Below are positions 7,141 to 17,032 of a stretch of 22,274 nucleotides of DNA, piece by piece. The position numbers and the translations under genes are program-made. This DNA is from Armatimonadota bacterium. GTDB lineage: Bacteria > Sysuimicrobiota > Sysuimicrobiia > Sysuimicrobiales > Humicultoraceae. Under the pieces are notes generated by a model. It did not search any database. It saw only the letters and a program-made list of their open reading frames with translations, and had not been told where the DNA came from. Within the stretch, counting starts at the first letter, position 1, and each line of letters begins with the position of its first letter. The stretch covers positions 8,301-30,574 of the forward strand of contig JBBIJB010000024.1 in NCBI GenBank assembly GCA_037446215.1, given 5' to 3'.

Positions 7141-7983
7141 ATGAATCCCGAACCCGACATCGGGGCGCTGCGGTCCCGCGCCCGGCAGTTTCGCAAGAGC
7201 ATCCTGGAGATCACCACCGAGGCGGCCTCAGGCCACCCCGGAGGTTCGCTCTCCGCGATCGACGTAGTCACCGCGCTCTACTTCCACGCGATGCGACACG
7301 ACCCGGGCAACCCCAAGTGGGAGGAGCGCGACAGGTTCGTGCTCAGCAAGGGCCACGCCTGCCCGGCCTGGTATGTCGTGCTGGCCGAGTGCGGCTACTT
7401 CGACGCGTCGCACCTCCCGTCGCTGCGGCAGCTGGGCAGCCTCCTGCAGGGCCACCCCGACATGAACCGCACTCCGGGGGTGGACATGTCGACGGGATCG
7501 CTGGGGATGGGCTTCTCGGCCGCGATCGGGATGGCGCTCGCCGCGAAGCGCGACGGGAAGGACTGCCGGGTCTACGTGATGCTGGGCGACGGCGAGTCCC
7601 AGGAGGGGGCGGTGTGGGAAGGCGCCATGTTCGCGGCCCACTACCGCCTGGACAACCTGACCCTGATCGTCGACCGCAACGGCCTCCAGCAGACCGGAAA
7701 GACCGAGGAGCGAATCTGCCTCGACCCGCTGGCCGAGAAGTGGCACGCCTTCGGCTGGGAGGTGGCGGAGATAGACGGGCACGACATGGGCGAGATAGTG
7801 GCCGCCCTGGACAGGGCGCGTGCCGGGGTGGGGCGCCCGCAGGTGATAGTGGCTCGCACCGTAAAGGGGAAGGGCGTGTCGTTCATCGAGGGCGTGGTGG
7901 GCTTCCACGGCAAGGCGTTGAGCAGGGACGAACTGGCGCGGGCGCTGGCCGAGCTCGACGCCGAGACGCAGGGAGGGCGCTGA
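7141..7983 (+). CDS. Transketolase, N-terminal (TPP-binding) subunit
   Basis: SGHPGGSLS, DRFVLSKGHA, LQGHP, STGSLG, GDGE...N TPP motif, TVKGKG. Start re-called to ATG 7141. Confidence 0.93.
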   Translation: MNPEPDIGALRSRARQFRKSILEITTEAASGHPGGSLSAIDVVTALYFHAMRHDPGNPKWEERDRFVLSKGHACPAWYVVLAECGYFDASHLPSLRQLGSLLQGHPDMNRTPGVDMSTGSLGMGFSAAIGMALAAKRDGKDCRVYVMLGDGESQEGAVWEGAMFAAHYRLDNLTLIVDRNGLQQTGKTEERICLDPLAEKWHAFGWEVAEIDGHDMGEIVAALDRARAGVGRPQVIVARTVKGKGVSFIEGVVGFHGKALSRDELARALAELDAETQGGR

Positions 7984-7988
7984 CGATC

Positions 7989-8957
7989 ATGGGTGGGCCC
8001 AACAGGAGCTCCGCAGGGAGCAAGGCAACGCGCGACGCCTACGGCGAGACGCTGGTGGAGGTCGCCAGGGAGGACCCGAGGGTATACGCGCTCACGGGCG
8101 ACCTCCGCGACTCCAACCGCCTCGAGGCCTTCGCGGAGGAGTTCCCGGAGCGGTTCATCGAGTGCGGGATCGCAGAGCAGAACATGATAGGCGTGGCCGC
8201 AGGCCTGGCCGCCTCGGGCAAGATCCCCTTCGCCAGCTCGTTCGCGGCCTTCTCGCCAGGCCGGTGCTACGACCAGATAAGGGTCCTGGTTGCGCAGACG
8301 GGCCTCGGTGTCAAGCTGGTCAGCACGCACGGCGGCATCACCGTGGGCGAGGACGGGATGAGCGCCCAGGCGGTCGAGGAGCTCGCGATGATGCGCGCGC
8401 TCGCCGGGATGACAGTCGTAGTACCGGCCGACGCCGTCGAGACGGCAAAGGCGATACGGGCGGTGGCCGGCCACCCCGGCCCGGTCTACGTGAGGCTTGG
8501 GAGGAGCGGGGTCCCGGTGCTGTTCGGCGACGACTACCGTTTCGAGATCGGGGTCGCCGCCTCGCTGCGTGAGGGCGGGGACGTCGTGATAGCCGCGTGC
8601 GGGATCATGGTCGCAGAAGCCCTCAAGGCCGCGGAGGCGCTCGGCGCGGAGGGCATCGAGGCGGGCGTCCTCAACGTCTCGACCCTGAAGCCGCTGGACG
8701 AGGAGACGATCGTCGCGGCCGCGCGCAGGAGCGGGGCGCTGGTCACCGCCGAGGAGCACACGATCTACGGTGGGCTGGGCGGGGCGGTCTGCGAGGTCGT
8801 GGCAGCGCACCACCCCGTCCCGGTCGAGAGGGTGGGCATCAAGGACACCTTCGGCGAGTCGGGCCAGCCCGGGCAGTTGATGGAGAAGTACGGGCTGACG
8901 GCACGTGAGATCGAGGCGGCGGCCCGCCGCGCGGTGGAGCGCAAGAGGGCGGGCTAG
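7989..8957 (+). CDS. Transketolase, C-terminal (pyrimidine-binding) subunit
   Basis: ATRDAYG, GIAEQNMIGVAAG, GEDGMSAQ, PVYVRLGR, TAEEH, GGLG. Start re-called to ATG 7989 after GGGAGGG at 7971-7977. Confidence 0.92.
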   Translation: MGGPNRSSAGSKATRDAYGETLVEVAREDPRVYALTGDLRDSNRLEAFAEEFPERFIECGIAEQNMIGVAAGLAASGKIPFASSFAAFSPGRCYDQIRVLVAQTGLGVKLVSTHGGITVGEDGMSAQAVEELAMMRALAGMTVVVPADAVETAKAIRAVAGHPGPVYVRLGRSGVPVLFGDDYRFEIGVAASLREGGDVVIAACGIMVAEALKAAEALGAEGIEAGVLNVSTLKPLDEETIVAAARRSGALVTAEEHTIYGGLGGAVCEVVAAHHPVPVERVGIKDTFGESGQPGQLMEKYGLTAREIEAAARRAVERKRAG

Positions 8958-8978
8958 CGCCCGCGGTTGCAGGGCGGA

Positions 8979-8996
8979 GCCTCGCCGAGGCGAGGC
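8979..8996. terminator. Stem-loop between convergent transketolase and sufU genes
   Basis: GCCTCGC-CGAG-GCGAGGC, a perfect 7-bp stem; no U tract; overlaps three tandem CGAGG copies (8986-9000). Confidence 0.4.
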
Positions 8997-9002
8997 GAGG
9001 CG

Positions 9003-9467
9003 CTACCCGGCGGGATCCTCGGTGGAGACCCTGCGGGGAACGCGCCCGGTGCCGGCATCCTCCAGCCCCTGCTCCAGGGTGACCCACGGCAGCGTAGCGC
9101 ACTTGACGCGCACCGGGAACTTGCTGACGCCCCGCAGCGCGACGATGTCGCCTAGCTCCTCCGAGGGCTCCTTGCCGTGCATCATAAGCTTGAACTGAGC
9201 GGCAAGCTCGCGAACCTCGTCCACGCTCTTGCCCTTGACCAACTCCGTCATCATCGAGGTCGAGGCCTGGCTGATCGAGCAGCCGCGCCCCTCGAACCGC
9301 GCCTCCTCGACCTTACCCTCGCGCACACGTAGGTAGAGCGTCAGCTCGTCGCCGCACAGCGGGTTGACACCCTCCACCGCGACGTCCGCCGGCTGAAGGA
9401 CCCCGCGGTTGCGGGGGTGAGAGTAGTGATCGAGTATCACGTCTCGGTAGAGGTCTTCGATCCCCAC
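9003..9467 (-). CDS. sufU: SUF system sulfur-transfer protein SufU
   Basis: LYRDVILDHY, NPLCGD, GCSISQAS and RVKCATL motifs; directly downstream of sufS. Confidence 0.95.
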   Translation of the reverse strand: MGIEDLYRDVILDHYSHPRNRGVLQPADVAVEGVNPLCGDELTLYLRVREGKVEEARFEGRGCSISQASTSMMTELVKGKSVDEVRELAAQFKLMMHGKEPSEELGDIVALRGVSKFPVRVKCATLPWVTLEQGLEDAGTGRVPRRVSTEDPAG

Positions 9468-9484
9468 GATCCCCTCCCGGCCCT

Positions 9485-10726
9485 CTAGTCGGACCCGGCC
9501 CCGCGGCCGAAGACCCTCCGGACCTTCAGCAGGCCCTCGATCAGGGCGTCGGCGTCCTCGCGGGTGTTGTACAGGTAGAAGCTCGCCCGAGCGGAGGCCG
9601 AGATCCCGAACCTCCGGTGCAGGGGCTGCGTGCAGTGGTGGCCTGCCCGTACCGCGATCCCCTCGGCGTCCAGCACCTGGGCGATGTCATGCGGGTGCGC
9701 CACGTCCATGGTGAAGCTGACGGCACCTCCCCGCTCCTGTGCCTCGAGCGGGCCGTAGACCGTCACCCCCGGAACGTCGCGCAGTCGTGAGAGCGCATAC
9801 GCAGTCAGGTCGCGCTCGTGGGCGGCGATCGCGTCGAGACCGACCCGCTGCAGGTAGTCCACAGCCGCTCCGAGCGCGATGCAGTCGCCTATGTTGGGCG
9901 TTCCCGCCTCGAACCTGTGGGGAGGGCCCTTGAAGGTCGACGAGTCGAGCCCCACGCTGACGATCATCTCGCCGCCGCCGTGGTAGGGAGGCATCGACTC
10001 CAGCAGGTCGTAGCGCGCCCAGAGTCCGCCCGTGCCTGTGGGCCCCAGCATCTTGTGGCCGGAGAAGGCGAGGAAGTCCGCCCCCAGGCCTGGGGCGTCC
10101 ACTCCCTGGTGGGGCACGCTCTGTGCCGCGTCGACCAGGACCAGGGCGCCGACGGCGTGCGCCGCGTCCGCTATCTCCCGCACGGGGTTGACGGTGCCCA
10201 GCACGTTCGACTGGTGTGTGAGCGCGACCAGCTTCGTGCCTTCGGTCAGCAACCGATCCAGTGAGCCGAGATCGAGACGACCCGCATCGGTGACGGGCAT
10301 GTACCTGAGCCTCGCTCCCCGCTCCGCGGCCAGCAGCTGCCAGGGCACTATGTTGCTGTGGTGCTCCATTTCCGTCAGAACGATCTCGTCGCCCGGCCCG
10401 ACATTGGCGCGGCCCCATGCCGAGGCAACCAGGTTGATCGCCTCGGTCGTCCCGCGCGTGAAGACCACCTCCGCGGGCTCGGAGCCGCCCAGGAATCCGG
10501 CGAGCTTGGCGCGGGCCCCCTCGTAGCGGGCCGTCGCCTCCTCGGCGATGCGGTAGATCCCCCTGTGCACGTTGGCGTTGAAGTCGTGGTAGAACTCGAG
10601 CAGCGCCTCCAGGACCGGAGTAGGCTTCTGGGAGGTCGCGGCGCTGTCCAGGTAGACTAGCGGCCTCTCCCCCTCCCTGCCCCTGAGCAGGGGGAAGTCG
10701 CCTTTGATGCGCGCGCCAAGCTCCAT
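9485..10726 (-). CDS. sufS: Cysteine desulfurase SufS (class II, PLP)
   Basis: YLDSAATSQKP, ANVHRG, EHHSN, SGHKMLGPTG (PLP Lys), RAGHHC (catalytic Cys). Confidence 0.96.
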   Translation of the reverse strand: MELGARIKGDFPLLRGREGERPLVYLDSAATSQKPTPVLEALLEFYHDFNANVHRGIYRIAEEATARYEGARAKLAGFLGGSEPAEVVFTRGTTEAINLVASAWGRANVGPGDEIVLTEMEHHSNIVPWQLLAAERGARLRYMPVTDAGRLDLGSLDRLLTEGTKLVALTHQSNVLGTVNPVREIADAAHAVGALVLVDAAQSVPHQGVDAPGLGADFLAFSGHKMLGPTGTGGLWARYDLLESMPPYHGGGEMIVSVGLDSSTFKGPPHRFEAGTPNIGDCIALGAAVDYLQRVGLDAIAAHERDLTAYALSRLRDVPGVTVYGPLEAQERGGAVSFTMDVAHPHDIAQVLDAEGIAVRAGHHCTQPLHRRFGISASARASFYLYNTREDADALIEGLLKVRRVFGRGAGSD

Positions 10727-10742
10727 AGACCGCGCTCCTGCC

Positions 10743-11087
10743 TCAGCTCCTGTGGGGCATGCCCTGCCCCGGCGCAGGCGTCGGCGAGACGAAGACCTCC
10801 TCGCCCTCCACCTTCACCTGGTAGGTGCTGACCGGCCGGGCCGCGGGCAGCGAGAGCACGCGCCCCGTGGGGATGTGGAACCTGGATCCATGCCTGGGAC
10901 ATACGATCAGATCGCCCGTGACGGGTCCCTCCGAGAGCGACTGGACCTCGTGGGAGCAGGTGTCGTCGATCGCGTAGAATGTGCCCGAGAGGTTCACGAT
11001 CGCGATCCTACGCCCTCCCAACACCACCTGCTTGGCTGCGCCCGGTGGAATCTCGGCCGTGCTGGCGGCCCTCACGAACTCGTCCAT
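10743..11087 (-). CDS. Rieske-type [2Fe-2S] ferredoxin
   Basis: CSH...CPRH Rieske ligands followed by GSRFHIPTG; 114 aa; lies between sufD and sufS. Confidence 0.92.
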   Translation of the reverse strand: MDEFVRAASTAEIPPGAAKQVVLGGRRIAIVNLSGTFYAIDDTCSHEVQSLSEGPVTGDLIVCPRHGSRFHIPTGRVLSLPAARPVSTYQVKVEGEEVFVSPTPAPGQGMPHRS

Positions 11088-11088
11088 C

Positions 11089-12402
11089 TCAGATCATCTT
11101 CTCCGCTATGCGTGCCCGCAGGTACGCCCTCAGGCGACCCTCCGGGATCCGGTCCAGGATGTCCGCAAAGAACCCTTCCACGATCATGAACGCAGCCCTC
11201 TTGCGCCTTATGCCGCGGCTCATCAGGTAGAGGATCTGCTCCTCGTCGAGGCGGCTGGTGGCGGAGCCGTGGCTGCACCGCAGGTCGTTGGCCATTATCT
11301 CGAGCATAGGCGTGCTTTCGGTCCGCGCGCCCTCGGAGAGGATCAGGTTCCGGTTGGATTGGAAGGCATCGGTCCCCTGCGCGCCCTCCTCCACGCGGAT
11401 CAGCCCGGAGAACAGGCCCCTCGCCGAGTCCTTCACGGCGCCCTTGTACGACAGGTCGCTCCTGGTGCTCCTCGCGCCATGGTGCTGCAACGTGTGCAGC
11501 TCCACGTGCTGCGCGCCGCTTCCGAAGTAGACGCCCAGCATCTCCGCCGACGCGCCCGGGCCCAGCAGCCTGGATTCGATCTCGGACTTCGCGACACCCC
11601 CGCCGAGTGTGGCCACCAGGCTGGAGAAGGAGGCGTCGCGCCCTATCCCTGCACGGATCCGGCTGCCTACCTCCCACAGGGGCTGGCCCCACTCCTGCAC
11701 GACCGCGTGGCGAACCCGGGCACCGGGTCGGGCGACTATCTCGGTGTCCCCCGAGATCAGCCCGCGCCGGCCGGCGGCTACAGAGGTGCACAACTCGACG
11801 AGTGTGACGCCGCTGCCCTCCTCTGCGACGAGAAGCGTGCGCGGGAACGCCGCGATACCCGCGGCCCCCAGCCACCGGTGAGAGAGCAGCGGCAGCGCCA
11901 CCTCGACTCCGCTCGGCACGTAGAGGAACGTTCCCCCTGACCAGAGCGCGGCCCGCAGGGCTTCGAACCTGTGCGTAGGAGACCGGTCGAAGGCGCCCAG
12001 GAGGTGTTCGCTCACCAGATCTTGGTGCGTCTTGAGGGCCTCCGACAGCCCGCAGAGGATCACGCCCCGGCCGGATGCGGGGGCTTCTAGTTCGGCGAGC
12101 GGCTCTTTCCCGTTCATGTGCACGATGAGGCCTGCGCGCGCCTCCGGGTCCCTGAGCAGAGGCCCGAGATGCTGCGGAGGGTCCGGCAGAGCCGTGCCGT
12201 CTGGAAGGGCGAGGGCCCCCAGATCCAGGCCGCCCAGGTCGGTGCGGCGCCACCGCTCAGGGTGGGTCACCGACGGCGGAGGGAGCCTCTCGAAGGCTTC
12301 CCATGCCTCGAGCCGCGACTCCAGCGCCCACGAGGGCTCGCCCAGCCGGGAGCTCAGCTCCTCGACCGAGGCGCGGCTGAGCCCGACGCCCGCCCTAGCC
12401 AA
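11089..12402 (-). CDS. sufD: Fe-S assembly protein SufD
   Basis: [47 protein letters not shown] start overlaps the sufB stop. Confidence 0.93.
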   Translation of the reverse strand: MARAGVGLSRASVEELSSRLGEPSWALESRLEAWEAFERLPPPSVTHPERWRRTDLGGLDLGALALPDGTALPDPPQHLGPLLRDPEARAGLIVHMNGKEPLAELEAPASGRGVILCGLSEALKTHQDLVSEHLLGAFDRSPTHRFEALRAALWSGGTFLYVPSGVEVALPLLSHRWLGAAGIAAFPRTLLVAEEGSGVTLVELCTSVAAGRRGLISGDTEIVARPGARVRHAVVQEWGQPLWEVGSRIRAGIGRDASFSSLVATLGGGVAKSEIESRLLGPGASAEMLGVYFGSGAQHVELHTLQHHGARSTRSDLSYKGAVKDSARGLFSGLIRVEEGAQGTDAFQSNRNLILSEGARTESTPMLEIMANDLRCSHGSATSRLDEEQILYLMSRGIRRKRAAFMIVEGFFADILDRIPEGRLRAYLRARIAEKMI

Positions 12403-13801
12403 CCGAGCCCTCCATCTCGAGGGCGACCAGGCGGTTGAGCTCCACCGCGTACTCGAGGGGGAGCTCCTTGACGACCGGCTCGATGAACCCCCTCACGATC
12501 ATGTTCATCGCCTCGTCGCCCTTGATGCCGCGGCTCATTAGGTAGAAGAGCTGCTCGTCGCTGACCTTCGAGACCGTGGCCTCGTGAGTGACCGAGACGT
12601 CCTGCTCGTCGATCTCCATCCGCGGATAGGTGTCCGACCTGCTGTGCTCATCCAGGATCAGCGCGTCGCAGCGCACGGCGCAGCTGCTCCCCCTGGCCTC
12701 TGGGTAGATCTTCACCAGGCCGCGGTACCCTGCGCGGCCGCCGTCCTTGGCGATCGACTTGCTCACGACGGTCGAGCGGGTGTGAGGCGCGGCGTGGATG
12801 ACCTTGGTGCCCGGATCCTGGTGCTGGCCGCTTCCCGCGAAGGCCACCGAGAGTATCTCCGCGCGGGCGCCGGGCTCCATCATGTAGACCGAGGGATACT
12901 TCATCGTCACCTTAGAGCCCAGGTTGCCGTCTACCCACTCCATCGTCGCGTCGCGGTAGGCGACCGCCCTCTTGGTCACCAGGTTGTAGACGTTCTTCGA
13001 CCAGTTCTGGATGGTGGTGTAGCGGCAGCGCGCGCCCTCCTTGACGATGATCTCCACTACGGCGCTGTGGAGCGAGTCGGTGGTGTAGACGGGCGCCGTG
13101 CAGCCCTCCACGTAGTGGACGTACGATCCGGGCTCGCAGACGATCAGCGTCCTCTCGAACTGACCGGCCTTCTCCGCGTTGATGCGGAAGTACGCCTGCA
13201 GAGGTATGTCCACCTTGACCCCGGCGGGCACATACACGAAGGAGCCCCCCGACCAGACAGCGCTGTTGAGGGCGGCGAGCTTGTTGTCCTCGGGGGGAAC
13301 GACCGTTCCGAAGTACTCACGCACGACGTCGGGGTGCTGGCGCAGCGCCGAGTCGGTGTCCAGGAAGATCACGCCGAGCTTCTCCCACTCCTCCTTGAGG
13401 TTGTGGTAGACGGACTCGCTCTCGTACTGGGCACCCACCCCCGCCAGGAACTTCTTCTCCGCCTCCGGGATTCCGAGCCGGTCGAAGGTGCGCTTAATCT
13501 CCTCGGGCACCTCCTCCCACGTGTGCCCCTTCCTGTCGGTCGGCTTGAGGTAGTAGTAGATGTCGTTGAAGTCGATCTGGCCGAGATCGGCGCCCCATCG
13601 CGGCGTCGGGCGCTTCTGGAAGTGATCGAGCGAGTGAAGCCGGAGCGCCCTCATCCAGTCGGGCTCGCCCTTCATCGCCGAGATCATCTCGACGATCTCG
13701 CGATCCAGTCCCTTGCGGGCCTTGTAGGCGTAGTTCTCGGGATCGCGAAAGCCCCACTTGTAGCTGTCCAGGTCTATCCCGAGAGGGTTGGACGGTGCCA
13801 T
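12395..13801 (-). CDS. sufB: Fe-S assembly scaffold SufB
   Basis: [53 protein letters not shown]; 468 aa. Confidence 0.97.
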   Translation of the reverse strand: MAPSNPLGIDLDSYKWGFRDPENYAYKARKGLDREIVEMISAMKGEPDWMRALRLHSLDHFQKRPTPRWGADLGQIDFNDIYYYLKPTDRKGHTWEEVPEEIKRTFDRLGIPEAEKKFLAGVGAQYESESVYHNLKEEWEKLGVIFLDTDSALRQHPDVVREYFGTVVPPEDNKLAALNSAVWSGGSFVYVPAGVKVDIPLQAYFRINAEKAGQFERTLIVCEPGSYVHYVEGCTAPVYTTDSLHSAVVEIIVKEGARCRYTTIQNWSKNVYNLVTKRAVAYRDATMEWVDGNLGSKVTMKYPSVYMMEPGARAEILSVAFAGSGQHQDPGTKVIHAAPHTRSTVVSKSIAKDGGRAGYRGLVKIYPEARGSSCAVRCDALILDEHSRSDTYPRMEIDEQDVSVTHEATVSKVSDEQLFYLMSRGIKGDEAMNMIVRGFIEPVVKELPLEYAVELNRLVALEMEGSVG

Positions 13802-13847
13802 CTGCCGGTCTCCAGGCGGTCTCTCGCGTCGAAGGTCTCGGCCGTCG

Positions 13848-14678
13848 CTAGTGGGTTACCCAGAACACCTTGCCCGCGCGTCGCACGGCCCCATCCTGCC
13901 TGACCTCGGCCGCGACGACCTCGAACTGCTGCCGGATCCCCTCGTAGCCCTGACGCTCCAGCTCGTCCGCCAGCTCCGGGCCTCCCGAAACGACTATCCG
14001 GCCGTCGTACAGGATGTGCACTTGCCCGGGAGGAATGAACTGGAGGATCCGCGAGTAGTGGGTGATCAGGAGCATCCCCATCTGGCCCGAGGCCTCCCCG
14101 TACATCTGCATCACGCCGTCCGCGACGACCTTGAGCGAGTCGATGTCGAGCCCGGAGTCGGTCTCGTCCATGATGGCGACGGTCGGCTCGAGCAGGGCCA
14201 TCTGCAGGATCTCGGCCCGCTTCTTCTCGCCCCCCGAGAACCCCTCGTTGAGGTAACGGCCGACCACCGCAGGGTCCATCCTCAGCATCTCCATCCTCGC
14301 CCTGAGGAGCTTCTGGAACTCGGCCGCGGGCATTAGCTCCTGCTCGTAGCCCCTTCGGGCCGAGACGGCGGTGCGCAGGAAGTTCGCCATCGACACACCC
14401 GGAACGCTCACCGGGTACTGGAACGCGATGAAGAGGCCGCGGCGGGCCCGCTCGTCGGGGGCCATGGCCAGCAGGTCCTCGCCCCGGTAGAGGACCTCTC
14501 CCCCGATAACCTGGTAGAAGGGGTTGCCCATCAGCACGTTGGCCAGGGTGCTCTTCCCGGACCCGTTCGGGCCCATGATGGCGTGTATCTCCCCGGCTTC
14601 CATGGCCAGGTTCAGCCCCTTGAGGATTACCTTGTCCGCGACCTGCACGCGCAGATCACGGATCTCCAGCTCAGCCAT
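13848..14678 (-). CDS. sufC: Fe-S assembly ATPase SufC
   Basis: Walker [23 protein letters not shown] signature, Walker [18 protein letters not shown] upstream of the start. Confidence 0.97.
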   Translation of the reverse strand: MAELEIRDLRVQVADKVILKGLNLAMEAGEIHAIMGPNGSGKSTLANVLMGNPFYQVIGGEVLYRGEDLLAMAPDERARRGLFIAFQYPVSVPGVSMANFLRTAVSARRGYEQELMPAAEFQKLLRARMEMLRMDPAVVGRYLNEGFSGGEKKRAEILQMALLEPTVAIMDETDSGLDIDSLKVVADGVMQMYGEASGQMGMLLITHYSRILQFIPPGQVHILYDGRIVVSGGPELADELERQGYEGIRQQFEVVAAEVRQDGAVRRAGKVFWVTH

Positions 14679-14736
14679 GCCCGCCTCCTGTGGCCTTGCG
14701 CGGGGGTCCTTCCACGTCGCGGACTCTCGAGGTCGT

Positions 14737-14765
14737 ATTCTAGATCAAAATGGTCAACATTTCAA
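14737..14765 (-). promoter_or_regulatory. Sigma70-type promoter of the suf operon with an overlapping IscR/Rrf2-like operator
   Basis: TTGAAA (14765-14760), 17 nt, TAGAAT (14742-14737), an AT-rich island in GC-rich DNA. The 25-mer AATGTTGACCATTTTGATCTAGAAT resembles IscR type 1 sites. Confidence 0.75.
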
Positions 14766-14832
14766 CGCGCGCCCAGGCGGCGCAGGCGGCCGGGTGCCCT
14801 CGCGATTGGAGGCGCGGCGCCGACTGCCGCGC

Positions 14833-15858
14833 TCAGGAAGAGAGGGAAGCGGATCGAACCCGTCGCTCGAGCGCGGCCCGGGCATCGTGAGGCAGAAACG
14901 CTGCCCTAGCGCCGTTTGCCGCGACCTCGAGGACCTCTGCGGCCCCGAGGCCTTGGGCCCTGGCCATCAGGCGGAGCTCCCTGGATAGCGTGGTGCCGAG
15001 CAGTACAGGATCGTCGCTGTTTATGGTGACCCGGACTCCGTGATCCAGGAAGGCGCGGAGCGGGTGTGCCTCCAGCGACGGGATGAGTCCGAGCCGCAGG
15101 TTGCTGCTTGGGCAGACCTCCACCGTGACGCCCCGCTCCCGCAGGCAGTCCAGCAGGGAGGGATCTTCCAAGGCCCGGATCCCGTGCCCTATGCGCATAG
15201 CCCCAAGCTGGTAGATCGCCGTCCACACGCCCGCGGCGCCCGAGAACTCGCCCGCGTGGACGGTAATGCCCATGCCGCAGTCGCGAGCCGCCGCCGCGAC
15301 CCGCGAGAAGAGCGCCGGCGGGTAGTTCCCCTCGTCCCCGGCCAGGTCGATGCCAACGAGGCCGCAGTCCGGACAGCGCAGGGCCTCGCCGACGAGCCGC
15401 TCTGCCTGCTCCGGCCCGCGCTCGCGCACGACGGTGACGATCACCCCGCAGGAGACCCCGAGGCCTTCGACCGAGGATGCGCCCTCCGCCATCGCTTCGA
15501 GCATCCCCCTGACCCCAAGCAGCTCGAACCCCCGCTTGCCGCCGACGCGGATCTCCACGTGACAGACCGACTGGTCGGCGGCTTCCGAGATCAGTTCGGC
15601 GGTTATGGCCGCGATGTTGGCCCTCGTGTAGACGGCGTCGGCGATCCTCACGCTCCGACTCGCGTACCGGAGGCGCCTGAGCCGGTCGTACCCTGAGAAC
15701 AGCGATGGGTCAGCCACCAGGTGGGCCCCTTCTTCGGGCACCGGCCCGTCGTCACGCCTCTCCAGCAGGCGCCTGAGCCTGAGAGAGGTTTCCAGGTGTT
15801 GGTGGAGTTCGACCTTGGGTAGCGATTCGATGAACGGCTGCGTTGCGCGCACCACCAC
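14833..15858 (-). CDS. Adenosine/adenine deaminase-family metallohydrolase
   Basis: LPKVELHQH, GIDLAGDE, TVHAGE, RIGHG, EVCPSSN, INSDDP. Start is probably one of three tandem GTGs (15858, 15855, 15852), because the track TTG at 15879 overlaps the -10 box. Confidence 0.88.
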   Translation of the reverse strand: MVVRATQPFIESLPKVELHQHLETSLRLRRLLERRDDGPVPEEGAHLVADPSLFSGYDRLRRLRYASRSVRIADAVYTRANIAAITAELISEAADQSVCHVEIRVGGKRGFELLGVRGMLEAMAEGASSVEGLGVSCGVIVTVVRERGPEQAERLVGEALRCPDCGLVGIDLAGDEGNYPPALFSRVAAAARDCGMGITVHAGEFSGAAGVWTAIYQLGAMRIGHGIRALEDPSLLDCLRERGVTVEVCPSSNLRLGLIPSLEAHPLRAFLDHGVRVTINSDDPVLLGTTLSRELRLMARAQGLGAAEVLEVAANGARAAFLPHDARAALERRVRSASLSS

Positions 15859-15878
15859 GGCCCCCCGCGAGTGGTGCA

Positions 15879-15907
15879 ATTATATCCCGGCCCGTGGCGG
15901 GTCGCAA
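15879..15907 (-). promoter_or_regulatory. Sigma70-type promoter for the deaminase gene
   Basis: TTGCGA (15907-15902), 17 nt, consensus TATAAT (15884-15879). Confidence 0.75.
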
Positions 15908-15922
15908 TCGAGGGAATATAGT
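15894..15922 (+). promoter_or_regulatory. Possible promoter for pdhABC
   Basis: TATAGT at 15917-15922; only a poor -35 (GTGGCG) 17 nt upstream. Confidence 0.4.
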
Positions 15923-15973
15923 ATATGAGTGTACGCAGTTCTGCGCCGCGACGCGGTCTGGGAGTGATCGGAG

Positions 15974-17029
15974 ATGGCAAAGCGCGCCGCCCGCAAGGCC
16001 GGCCGGGGTGCGAGAGAGGCGCCCGGCGCAGCATCCCTACGGGAGACGCAGCCCGATCTGGACTCCGCCCTCCATTGGTACAGGAAGATGGTCACGGCGC
16101 GTCTCTTCGAGGAGGAGGCAGAACGCGCGTTCCGGCGTGGCAGGATAGGCGGCTATCTGCACGTCTACTCCGGGCAGGAAGCTGTGGCTGCCGGGTTTCT
16201 GGCGGAGATGCGGGAGGACGACATCTTCTTCACCTCCTACCGGGACCACGCCCATGCGCTGTTCCGCGGCTCCTCTTTAGGAGAGACGATGGCAGAGCTG
16301 TTCGGAAGGGTGGACGGGCTGGCAAGAGGCAAGGGCGGCTCGATGCACCTCTTCGACGTGTCCAGGGGCTTCTACGGCGGGTACGCCATAGTGGGAGGCC
16401 ACATACCGCTCGCGGTCGGAGCCGCCTACGCCCTGCGGTACAAGGGCGGCGACCAGGTGTGCCTCTGCTTCCTCGGGGATGGCGCGATGAACTCGGGCGC
16501 GTTCCACGAGTCGCTGAACATGGCGGGGCTCTGGGGCGCGGCGGGGGCGTGCCCCCTGGTGGTCATAGTTGAGAACAACCTCTACGCGATGGGCACCCCT
16601 CTCGAGGGGTCTTCGGCGGTCACCGATATCCCGGCCCGGCTCTCCTCCTACGCGATTGAGTGCCGGCAGATCGATGGGATGGACTTCCTCGCCGTCCGCC
16701 AGGCGGCCTCTCGACTGATCACGGAAGCGCGGGACTCCGGGAGGCCGGTAGCTGCCGAGGCCCGGACCTACAGGTTCTCCGGGCACGGCGCAGCAGACGT
16801 CTTCCAGCCCTACCGCAGCAAGGAGGAGGTCTCGGACGCGCGCAGGCGCGACCCGATCTCGGTGCTGGAGGATAGGCTGCGGGAGGCCGGACTGCTCGAC
16901 GACTCCGGGATCGAGGCGATCCGCAGGGAAGCCGAGGAAGCGGTCGCCAAAGCGGCGCAGTTCGCCGAAGAGAGCGCGCCGCCGCCACCACAGGAGCTCC
17001 ACAGGCACGTCTACGGAGAGGGGGTCTAG
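15974..17029 (+). CDS. pdhA: Pyruvate dehydrogenase E1 alpha subunit
   Basis: IGGYLHVYSGQEA, YRDH, GKGGSMH, GDGA...ENNLYAMGT TPP motif, TYRFSGH. Acetoin dehydrogenase is not fully excluded. Confidence 0.88.
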   Translation: MAKRAARKAGRGAREAPGAASLRETQPDLDSALHWYRKMVTARLFEEEAERAFRRGRIGGYLHVYSGQEAVAAGFLAEMREDDIFFTSYRDHAHALFRGSSLGETMAELFGRVDGLARGKGGSMHLFDVSRGFYGGYAIVGGHIPLAVGAAYALRYKGGDQVCLCFLGDGAMNSGAFHESLNMAGLWGAAGACPLVVIVENNLYAMGTPLEGSSAVTDIPARLSSYAIECRQIDGMDFLAVRQAASRLITEARDSGRPVAAEARTYRFSGHGAADVFQPYRSKEEVSDARRRDPISVLEDRLREAGLLDDSGIEAIRREAEEAVAKAAQFAEESAPPPPQELHRHVYGEGV

Positions 17030-17032
17030 GTC

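Noticed and set aside
7035..7988. 640-aa ORF suggesting a full-length or frameshifted single-chain transketolase
   Set aside because: The upstream part is an Arg/Pro/Gly-rich shadow frame. The N-subunit has its own stop (7983) and the C-subunit its own RBS and ATG; two-gene transketolases are well known.
8986..9000. Tandem CGAGG x3 as a repeat array or CRISPR remnant
   Set aside because: Too short, no spacers, and part of an intergenic hairpin.
12395..13801. Intein in SufB, as in mycobacteria
   Set aside because: Normal length (468 aa), continuous motifs, no intein signature.
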